The notes below the pieces were generated by a model. That model ran no database searches and had not been told where the DNA came from. It saw only the letters and a list, made by a program, of their open reading frames with translations. The position numbers and the translations under genes were made by a program. A stretch of 64,000 nt of DNA from Kudoa neothunni (taxonomy: Eukaryota > Animalia > Cnidaria). This document shows positions 53,187-64,000 of the stretch, one piece after another; position 1 is the stretch's first letter; the number at the start of each line of letters is the position of its first letter. The DNA lies in assembly GCA_964304625.1 (NCBI GenBank), contig OZ199838.1:14262261-14326260 (forward strand), given 5' to 3'.

Positions 53187-54650
53187 TTTACACTAGATTC
53201 CTTTGAATTTTATTTCACGATGATTTGAACCAAAATATGAAAACAACAAATCGGATTAAGGGATTCTTAGATTGAGGATTAACACTTGTTCACTATGGAG
53301 TACCGGTGAAGCGATTTCGGTCGATTATTAATATTCGGTTACTAAGTACTGGGTGATTAGTTACGAAGCAGTGTTTTTCATATCGTTAAATTGCAATTTA
53401 TAGCTACCAATGTGTAATTATACGTTTGGAGTTGTTGGATAGGTAATATGGATACGATCTCATCCTTTGACCATCCGAATTAACAGTTCAACAAAATTTA
53501 TCGATTTTTTTATCGTTGAATATCTGCTCGTTTTTTCATATAAGATAATTTAAACTATTCTATTTATTTGTAGGGGATCTGTATTCAATTCAACATCACT
53601 GCAATAGCTAAATCTATTTACATGGATAAACTAATTCTTCCATTCGCACCTATCAAAATATCCTGACAACGCGACCTTAATTTATAATGGGTACAAACAG
53701 TTGGTGTTATGCTAATTTTTTAGAAAATTCCTGTAGCTATTGATGCGTGAAACAAATTATAACATTTATACACATAATAAATATATGGATTAATAGGTAT
53801 TGAATGTTATTAGGGGTGGTTGACGTGTTATCTATCATACACGGCATGTAGTTTAAGTGTCAGTTCGTTAGGAGGTGATTGACGCTGAATATGATTACAA
53901 TCGTTACAACTGTCTCATTAACCATCATACCATTAGCCATAATTTCATGGTCGTTAAAATTAGGAAATCACTATTATTTTCCGGTTAAGGTAAATATTAA
54001 GTTGAATATGGCAGAATCGTACCTATATATATATATATATATCTATATATATATACGTATATGTTTGATGGATAAATATTGAACTATTTTGACCTTTCCT
54101 GTTAATTCCCATTGTGAATTAATTATAATCACGTCGTTGATCTTGTTAACATAGGTGAGATATTATTCACATTATCGCAAATTGATTAACCTTAACAAAT
54201 CTCACAGATAACGCGCCAATTAAAAACTAACATTTTATAAAGGGAACTATTCTTCACAACCAATAGTTAAACCAGCTTGAGTAATCCACGAAGAATCTCT
54301 GAGATAAATCCTTGACCGAATACACTGGACTACAGGTAAAATATATTGAATGTATTACTAACTTTTTAAGAAAAAATAAATAATATGAGTTGGTTTAGTG
54401 ATTTGTAATTAAAGGTACTTTGGGGCGTTACATTTAATCTCCTATTTATTATAATTAAAAATATTTACAATTAACTAACATAATCCTTTAATCCTTAGAA
54501 TTGATTCTAAAATATTATTTTTAATCAATTATTTATTTAGCTATTTTTATTTAGTAAGAAGGCATTAAAAAGGAAAATAATGGTCAATAAAAGATGTAGT
54601 TAATAAATTAAATAAGATTTTTAACTTAAACCACTTATAAAGCCTGTATA

Positions 54651-56100
54651 CGGTCCAACAGGGATCGTACGTAATGAGTCGGGAATGGTGCCTCATTACG
54701 TAGAATAGCCGCATTACGTCAGAGATCTTCATGTGCATACGCACTGGCAGTTTCTCTTAGAATTTTTATTCTACGTTAGTCATTGCTTTATGCATGCTTA
54801 AATGAAATAAAATAAATTTGGACATTATTGCGTCTATTTTTATGTTTATTGAATCGTTTTCAAGCGAAAAAAATAGAGCGAATCGATCGATATTCGATTC
54901 GTGATCTAAAAAATTTCTAAAGGAATCATGAAATGAACGAAGAAGTAATTATGAAATGGCGAAAAATACAAATAAATTACAATAACTATTCTCGTGAGAT
55001 AAAAAAATATTATTATTGTTTCTCATTTGTTCGACTCTAAGTATCTCATTACAAATTCATGTTATCCAATTTACAAATAATTTTAAAAGATCAAATTTTT
55101 GTTGTCGTTCTTGAATCGTTTATAATATTTTGAACATCCTTTCCGACACAAAAAATGCCTTTAACTCTTAACTCGGCTGGATTTCTTTGCTTTAAAGAAC
55201 TTAAATAACTTTCTTAATATTCGAGTGCTTGATTAAATGAAATAGATGGATACACAATTTGTGATTTATCTTGATCGGATGAGTTTTTATCATCTGTCTC
55301 TTTTTATTTCGAATACTTAATTATTTATTTAAATATATGCTTAAAACATTCTCAGGAGACCACTTTTCAAGAACATTATTATGTTTATCATTCTATTCTG
55401 GAGCTGTTTCAGCAGGAAAGCATCCAGCCTCAACATGTAACGTAACATATTTTAGTTTAACGTGATCTTTAAATACTTTAAACCTTCTACAGTTTAAATT
55501 ATCGCTATTATTATTGCTATCCTTTGAAGCGAATCTTCTAGCCATTGCAATAGTAATATCAGTGTTAATTATACCACCATTCACTCGCGTTTAAAATATC
55601 CTTTTATAAACTTTGTTACCAACATGACGATTGAAGCCTTATTTAAAAATTTTCAAGAATTTTTTAAAAGTCCTAAAACCTCTTGATTTTAAAATTACAT
55701 CTCTTATTAAAATGCCATTAAATGTTGACGTTCTTTTCAGGCCATACTTATCCATAATCATTTTTTTTAAATTTCTTGACTCCTGTACTAAGATCATAAT
55801 ATTGAATTATTTTATATTTCTCAGAAAAGCTTTTGTAATTTCACGGTTCGTTAAATATTATTGTTTCCGCGATTACACACGAAGCATGAAAGGTATTTTT
55901 AGGTACAATCTCCATTACGTAGAATCGCTGCATTACGTACGAGCCATATTTTTGATTTATTTTTTTACAATAAATAGTATTTTTTTATTTTTATATATTT
56001 GATAGTTAAAAGTATTCTCTTTATTATATGTAAGAATCAGACAATTAGAATCTAGTTTTGTGTAAAAAAGTGGTGATTACGTACGAGCCCTGTTGCACTG
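54651..56100 (-). mobile_element. pogo/Tigger-family transposon relic (1450 bp)
   Basis: ~25-bp TIRs CGGTCCAACAGGGATCGTACGTAAT / CAGTGCAACAGGGCTCGTACGTAAT with TA flanks; subterminal CATTACGTA repeats; CENP-B HTH-like ORF 55393-55584. Confidence 0.8.
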
Positions 56101-56238
56101 TATTATTGAGTTAGGATTTTTAATTTTTGTCGAGAAAAATTTTGGTGCTTGCTTTGAAATAATAATTTACAGTTTCCATAAATTGGCCGCCTGATTAAAT
56201 GCTAAAATACGGGATTATCAACCTTGTTATAATATAAT

Positions 56239-56474
56239 GGAAGTGGCTGTTGACACGGATCATAATATCCAGGTGGATTTAGTTTTGTCTGCAGTTAACT
56301 ATTTTTCGCCCGTCGCTATTGCTCCTAGGGACCAAAAATAATTAAATATAGCAGATTCTGAAAAATAAACTTTATAGATAAACTATAAATTGGAGTTGAT
56401 GGGATTAAAATTGGGCAATGCTCAATCGTAGTTTCGAGGTTGGGTTAAAAACTTCCGTGTCAATAACCATTGCC
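56239..56474. mobile_element. MITE with MULE-like termini; relatives at ~37010-37260 and ~51280-51432
   Basis: TIR GGAAGTGGCTGTTGACACGGA / GGCAATGGTTATTGACACGGA; clear homology to the other two loci. Confidence 0.6.
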
Positions 56475-56983
56475 TACCTTTATATACATTACCAGCGAGG
56501 AATTATAATGTTAGAGCTCAGCCAAAATAGGAATTTTTTAATTTCCGTGCCAAATGTTTTTAATAAGAAATGATGGATATATTTAAAAGTTAACAAATTG
56601 TGTTAAAATAGCGAAACTGTAATTTCCCATTCACAAATATTAGCTTAAAATCAAATAGACACTGCAAAATTATTAGAAAGGAGTAGTATTTGACATTATT
56701 TCTTTCTAAAACGTCGTCGGAGTTTCTATTTATTTATTTTCTTATGGTTTATAGTCTAATACTCAAATTTAGAATTGAAACAATTTATTTCTCTCAACAC
56801 ATTTCACCAAAAATTAAATTAATTAGATTTAATTAATCCGTATATATCATTATATTATGTTATGCAACATTTTATAACATTGTGGTTTTAATCTTAGAAA
56901 AATTAAACAAATCGAACCAACATGAGTGAAAAATGATTTTATAATACAGAATTTGCATTATGTTTAGTATTTAATCCTATATA

Positions 56984-57739
56984 CAGTCAGTGACCGGTTT
57001 TACGTAATCCCCGCGTGACCAGGAAAAAAGTGTGTAAAATTAATCACTTCGTTTTAAGTACCTTTTCGCGCGCGCATTACAGAAAGTTATTCAATTATTT
57101 ATTAAATAACATAATTGAAATGCAAATATTTGTAAAAAACGTTAAATATTTTTTAAATGAAAACACAGTCGTTAACTCGGTTTGATTAATCCCTTTGGGA
57201 TCGCGGAAAAATGTGTGTGAAATTGGTAACGTCCAGTTTTACGCGTTTTTTAGCGCGTATATAATAATACACGTAACTATTTAATAAAATTGAATTGCAG
57301 AAATTTACGAAACAAATAATTTTTTTCATTTGGAAATAAAGTAATTAGATATTTTGGTCACCAAAAATTTGTCCAAATATTCGAAATATAGCTTTCATCG
57401 CCGCAAAAATGTTCGATCGATCCTCTTTGTCAAACGGATAATTTTTTAAACTCATTTTAATAAATACGCAAATGAAGACAATAATCGGATTGTGTTCAAT
57501 CATTTAAACAAATTTATTTTTATTTTTTAAGGTGTCTCGGGATTGGATATGAAGGATATGTCTGGTTCCTTATAGTAACAAACTTGGCTGCTTTGGAGAA
57601 ATATTGTGCCCGTATCTTATTATTTCATGCTTCGATTAATTTTTTTTTCATTTCGTTTAATTCTTTCGAACATTAAACAAAATTCATCCATTTGTTCAAA
57701 AACGTTCCGGAAAAAGTGCGTAAAACCGTTCACCGACTA
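56984..57739. mobile_element. pogo/Tigger-like MITE with an internally duplicated left end
   Basis: TIR CAGTCAGTGACCGGTTTTACG / TAGTCGGTGAACGGTTTTACG; the first ~180 bp recur in diverged form at ~57165. Confidence 0.65.
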
Positions 57740-57743
57740 TGTA

Positions 57744-58880
57744 CAGTCGATGACGTATGGTTCGTAACTTTCAAAAATATGTAAAAATTAGAAATTATAA
57801 AGAAAATTAATTATTAAATTTTAACTCAAAATACACATTAGAGTAAAAAAATCAGGTGGATAAAATATTAGATATCTAATAATTAAATTTTGGTAAGTTT
57901 CCCCTATTTTTATAGACTGATGTGTGGTTTGTAACTTTTTGGGTGAACAAGCATCTAGATTTTTTGTATAAACTATTGATTGAAGATAAAAATACAAAAT
58001 AATGTTAGATCTATTTCTGAAAAATAAAAGATAATGAATTATTTTGACAGTCAGTCAAGAGCAGAGGTAAAATCAAGAACTGCAAAACTTTGTAATACAT
58101 CATCCTTATCTACATTGTTTGGTTTTAAATAAAAAGGATGATATAATTGGCGCAGTTTGATCTTAAAAAAATACGGCATACTTAAAAAACAATAAAAAAA
58201 TGATTTTTTGTTTTTGGAAAAATCTAGTTGTCATGTAAAATTGGAATATTCAAATATTAAACTAATTTTTCTTCCCCAAAACACTCTGAGTGCTCTCCGA
58301 CCCCTACATGAGGGCATAATGTACTCGTTTAAATTCCACTATAAAGTATATACGATAAAACTCCACATTTCTCCACCAAACCTTTGATGGAACCTCTATT
58401 TCCTAATATTTTGAATGCATTTTTTAAAACAAATTCTCGGGATTCGATGACTAAATCAATTATTTTTAATTGTTTTGTTATGGCGAAATCTAATCGCAAA
58501 AAATATTTCTATTATTACTGATAATTTAGATAAAAACAACGATTAAAATTTAGAATACAAATTTTTTGATGAGATAAATGAATTGAACAATGATGAAATA
58601 ATATCGAACGTCGTGACTATCGGAAATGACAATTTTTCTGATGAACATGAAAGTATCATAAAAGTTAATGAATATCCAGGCGATGCCACTGAAATTGAAA
58701 TCAAAGAGGATATTTATTATTTCAAATATAAAAAAATAAAAGCATTAATTTCTAGAACTGTCCTATTTTATTTTGGCAAACTTAAGCAATATCTCATCGA
58801 GCATGGTTCGAAAAAATACGAATATACTTAAGGATATTGAAGACGAAATTAAATTAAATAGCAAAGCTGTTTAAAAAATA
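57744..58880 (+). mobile_element. Tigger/pogo transposase relic
   Basis: Starts TA|CAGTCG. FLPQNTLSALRPLHEGIMYSFKFHYK at ~58268-58345 matches the DDE_1 motif FLPPNTTS.LQP.DQG.I..FK..Y. The acidic C-terminal relic is ORF 58583-58831. Confidence 0.7.
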
Positions 58881-59772
58881 CAAAATATTTTCATCGTATT
58901 CTCTCATCATCTATCAAATCTGCTATTATAAAGCACGCTAATATATCATTCACATCCATCCTTCATGGCTCCTTACAAAAGGGATACCACAATTGTTAAA
59001 ATGTTTGAGCAACCACCAATAAACTTTAAAATAACCTTAGTCGTAATTTATTAAAGCAATTTTACGATTTTTACCATAAAAGATCGATCGATCGTGCTAG
59101 CGTCGCTAGATATATATATATATATATTTGAAATTATTTCGAAAATTTTATTCATAAATAATTAATTATTTTAAGTAAAAACAATAATCTTTTGTCCCAA
59201 CTTATGAAATCTAATCATATGGAATGGCAATGTACATTTATATACGCACGCGTCAATTAGCGGGTAAAAATGTACGCTCCCAATTTTATACACTTTTTTA
59301 CAATCTCGAGGAATCGCACAAAACCGGGTGCAAACCTAATGCATTAAATAAAATTAAGAATCCTTATTCATAAATTGAATAAAATTTAAAATGTCGAATT
59401 GTTTTTGTTAGTGAATCTCCTACTTTTGAATAATTTTGGGAAACTAAGGTCCATATGAATACCAGTTTGAACCAAAATGAAACCATCAATAAATTGACGG
59501 AATAGGGAAATTTTTATAAGCTATCTCTAAGTGAAAAAAGGTCACCATAAAATAAATATATATGTATATATATATATAACTGTAACTATGTTTTATTCAA
59601 TTATAAATATTGTTTGTCATAACATTTTAATCTTAGTATTGACAAAAACTTGTTGATAGCAACATATAATTGTTTAATACATCATAAATCAAGATATAAA
59701 TTGACACTATTATTAAGACAAAAAAGGTATTCTAGCGTTTTAGTAAAATAACAAAAAATTCCAAAAAGTGGG

Positions 59773-62700
59773 TCAACAAATTATGTTTGTTTGGCTGATA
59801 CATGTAGAGTGGTCAAAATATTTGGCACATATTGTTCCTAGAGGTTGTAAATCTCTAAGAAATACTCCGTAAATTACCTCCGGCGAAAATGCTGTCATAT
59901 CTTGAAAAAATTGCGGTATCTACAATTTATATAAAACGTATATTCAAAAATAATACAAGTCTGGCTTTATGTTTCCTCCACCGTATACACACACATCCCG
60001 CCAAGTATACCACCAAAAACAAAGCTATCCAAACTATACATACATAGGTTTTTGGATTATTGAAACCTAAAATTCAATTAGCTAACTTCAAAAATTCATC
60101 CAGAAGTTAGATACCAACACGATTTACAATAACGAATAGAAGATTTAAGTGGGTGAGGAACCCACTACAAAACTAATGTGTGAAACACCATGGTGGGAAC
60201 ATTGTTTTTGATGGAATGTCTCACCTTGAGGTTGTAAACATAAAGCATGTTATATTTCGTGACCAACCATCTAATACCGATTCCGATTGTAACTAGAATA
60301 TTGTTATATGTGTGTACGCTATAATTAGAATTAAGAAGCTCTTACCAACATAGAGCACAAAACTCGAGGTGACAAGGTAAGAAATTGCTATAGTTAATAG
60401 AAAACAAGTCCCAAGCGTATTGAGAGGCCCAGCAAGGCTCGACTTTGCATTTCTAAATCGAAAAATTGATATAAACAAATGTAACCACAAACAACAAATT
60501 CTAACAACCTTGTCGATATACATCTCTTCAGCTGGTTCTTTAGCCATTATTTTAAACAGGCACTTTTTTGTATAGTTCAAAACTTGGATAAAGTCCACAA
60601 TTTCACCCAATCAAGAAGGTTGTTATTAAAATTGTAATAAAATATGCTGATATTTGAGGAAATATGCCACATCTAATAAAAATATAATATGAAAGATTAT
60701 ACATTAGATATTGAGGAGGGTGATTATTGCTGAGAAAATACTTGATTTGATTTTTGATAGCGTTGTAAGGGTCTTTTTCAATGCTCAAAATATACACAGC
60801 TATACTGTAACAAATTAAACAACAAAATAAAATTTTATCTATAAATTTGACCTACCTAGAAAACCCCACGTAACCAATAACAAAAATTGTAACGGTGTAG
60901 TAAAAGTATTGGATAAGAAAGGTAGAATTTTCCAAATTACTCCTACATTTAACAAGACAATATTAACGAAAAAGATCAATAAAAATTCAAACCCACCATT
61001 TAATATAACGTCTTGCGTTGATGGAAATATTCACCAGAATTTCAGTTACAGTCGATATCAGATTAATAATTAGAGGAGGAATGAAATAATAAAAGACATT
61101 TTCAACAAAACTTAAGTTTCTATTCTCAACTAAAAAAAATTTTAATATTAAAAAATAAGCTATTTTATTAGCAATTTACTTTTGGAATTTATTTTGATTG
61201 GTAAATAATTTATTATCATAGAGGGAGTAGTAAAAAACAAAATAGTAACAAAAACCAACACGTTCAAACAGATAAACTTGATTATATATTTGGGGCTGGT
61301 TTTTAAATTTTTCCATATAATATCATCTACTGCAGGAGCCTTTTCAACAGAGATATCGGATTTGATTATAATTTCATCAGTGGTTTGGGCTGATTTGTTT
61401 GATCGGCTCAGTTTGATATCTTCATAAAACCTTTATAAAAATTATTGTAAAGTATTTGATCGTTGTTTCACGTGTTCATCATTTCGGCAGTCTTGAATGT
61501 TATAAATAATAATGGTAATGGATTCATCATAGTGGAATTAAGTTCTTTTTTCATGAGCTGGGTTGAGATATTCAAATTTTCCGAATAATATTGAAATGCA
61601 TCCGTTATAACGATACAATTGGATAATTTCGGACACACTCCCGCCAAACATATACATCCTATGGGGGCCATTCTTTACCGTTATCTTTACGTACGCGTGT
61701 AACAAATCCTATACATAACTCTACGAAAAAGTTACTATATTCTGATGGGGATCGCTTCTTCCGCGCTGACGATAATAGTTAAAACCCATTGTGGCTATTT
61801 CTTTTTCCTTCTTCAACTTTTTCAATCTCGAAACATCATAACAATTGTAAACAGACGTAATCTCGATGTTGTTTCCATAGTTGCTTCTACAATTATGATA
61901 TTCATTAAATATATACATATATACTAAAGTTTTCATTGGTAGACTGTAATACTCGAAAAAATCAGCTATTTCTCTCTTTCCAAATTTAGCAGCAATTCCC
62001 CGTACCATAAGTGTAGTACAGGATTCGTTCGCACGCCCAATGTAGCTATAGTATTTCCAATAACAAAGCCCCGATATCAAAATCAAATGGTAGCACATCG
62101 GCAAAAACACATAAAACCAACTGGTTTTATCATCAAAATTCACATTTTCTAACGCGAATGTACCAAACCAACTATTTTTTTCTGTACGGGATTTGTAGTT
62201 TAAAAACCAAAACAGAAATAGTAGTACCTTGGTATTTGGAAAACGTGATTGGTATTACAATAATTGTATTGATCAAACATTGTGCGAGTAAAACCACAAA
62301 TATCAATCGAATAAAACACAGATAATTCAAACCAGAAATACCCGAACGTGATTCTAACGAATCCAAATCTGTCCTCACGGCTTGCCACAATCGAACAAAC
62401 ACGTCCTTAAGTGATAGAAATATGTTAATCCTAAGAATGCATTATGATTCTGGTTTTCTACCTTGAGCTCATTCCCATATGAAATGTATGGTTCCATTGC
62501 AATCTCATTGCGACGAGTAGGTGATTTGGCTTGAAATGCCGAATGTCTCGTTTGTGGTTCTGTGTGGTCGTTACTGATGTTATTGGTAATTCCACTCGAA
62601 GTGTTATTCCCCGCCGAATCTTGATTTATTTTTTTTGAATAAATTTCGAATCGTTCGCGGCCTCGCGAATAAATATACTACAAATATCACCTATAATAAC

Positions 62701-62872
62701 ACAAAAAATTAATGGGATTGGTATGCGATCAATCTTCTACTGAAAACACTATCACGTTGTTCTGCAGACAAACCAGGAGACCACCATCGTTCACGTTAAA
62801 GTTCACATTGTGATAGGAGCCGAAACATATATCTCCATTTGGCTCCCCATTTCTTGAACTAGATGAGGACAT
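59773..62872 (-). CDS. TMEM63: TMEM63/OSCA (CSC1-like) mechanosensitive channel, multi-exon
   Basis: G..GLNYLCFIR, TLMVRGI, APAVDDIIWKNL, FFTTPSMI and RWLVTKYNMLYVY motifs plus many TM segments. Start MSSSSSRNGEP at 62872. One apparent 1-nt frameshift at ~60607. Confidence 0.88.
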
Positions 62873-64000
62873 AACACGCACCTTTATAATATTAAGGAGT
62901 TCCCAATTAGTATAAATTAAAATTATCGTTATCTACTTACGAAGTCATCACTAATAGGACTTAGTTAGGATTCTATGTATGAAACAAGGAATTTCAATGA
63001 TAATTGTTCGGATGATAAAATTAAAAATTCTTTGGTCAATAAATAATAAAAAAAATTTTTTTCCCATGTAACTCTATTCTTGTTTATCTTACAGAATTAG
63101 AATCACAAATATATTACTTTAATCATCATCAAATGAATTATTAAGTTATTAATGTATCCATTGTTTGTTTTGGTAATCTGTAAACATTTATTTACCATGA
63201 TATGAAAGGCTATTTTCATATATCAATAATTCCTCCCACGATGTAAAAATATAAGAATCTTACAAGCTACAAATTTAGTGATTATAAAGAAAAGAAAAAT
63301 TATTATTTTCCTAACAATGTTCATTGTAATAATTTAAATAGTCTGTGATCGAATGTTTACATGCGTTTTGCTAATTTTGTAGCCCTGGTTTAATTGAAAA
63401 TTATATTTTAATCAGATTAAATTAATTTTTACTCAAAATTAAATTTTCATAAGGTAAAATTTATGTTTTTATAAAAGAATTGAATGCGTTATTTAGATGA
63501 TTTTTTATCCGTTAACCCTCTAAGACTTAAAGTTTAAGATTACCCTTCAGGGCCATAATCCAACCGGTGGATTTTTCAATTCTTTAGGCATTAAAATAAG
63601 TTGAATCTGATCGTATGTACTGTTAAATTTATGAATTAAGTTTTTCTATATCTTCTTAAAATTTACCTGAAATTTATTCATCCTCTGGTTAATCTCGAAT
63701 GGCACTATTGGGGAAAATTTGAAGTTTATGACCGCCGATTATTATCGACAACTAATCCAACAAGACAATGCGTTGATACCTGACTGTTTGGTTAAAAACA
63801 CGAGTGAATCTACGTTAAATAGCAATATATAAATTACATGTATGGAATTGGAGCAATATTTTAATGATTAATTTGAAACAGATTGATTATTAATTCATTT
63901 GATGCTCAATTATAATCCGCCTAGATTATCGAATTTATCAAACTTATTGATCTAATAAGTAGACTAAAGTTTTGTTGTTGATGGTTTGATTTACAAACCA

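Noticed and set aside
55631-56002. 123-aa ORF and similar F/I/K/Y-rich short ORFs (e.g. 17099-17338, 30736-30954, 33282-33500, 43581-43784)
   Set aside because: Their composition reflects AT-rich DNA or the antisense strand of transposon relics; no motifs.
1-64000. CRISPR arrays, rRNA genes or prokaryotic operons
   Set aside because: None seen; the sequence is eukaryotic with spliceosomal introns.

Overview
Very AT-rich eukaryotic genomic DNA with short GT-AG introns (mostly about 35-60 nt) and strongly diverged animal-like housekeeping proteins. This would fit a compact-intron animal parasite such as a myxozoan, but that is inference only. Recognisable genes: RPL12, DDX39/UAP56, SURF4, a FAHD2-like hydrolase, an intron-containing tRNA-Tyr(GTA), epsin and a TMEM63/OSCA channel. 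The intergenic DNA holds many transposons: a young, very compact Ty3/Gypsy element (identical 96-bp LTRs, 5-bp TSD) nested in a MULE, plus MULE, piggyBac, Tc1/IS630, pogo/Tigger, hAT and Merlin relics and MITEs. Two orphan systems stand out. (1) A tandem pair of 9-exon, ~760-aa type I surface proteins built from a repeated four-cysteine FN3-like module. The two copies are near-identical over ~3 kb except for one ~400-bp hypervariable ectodomain patch. (2) A tandem family of three 2-exon single-pass membrane proteins with PPxY tails. Several homopolymer frameshifts in conserved genes suggest uncorrected assembly indels, so pseudogene calls need caution.
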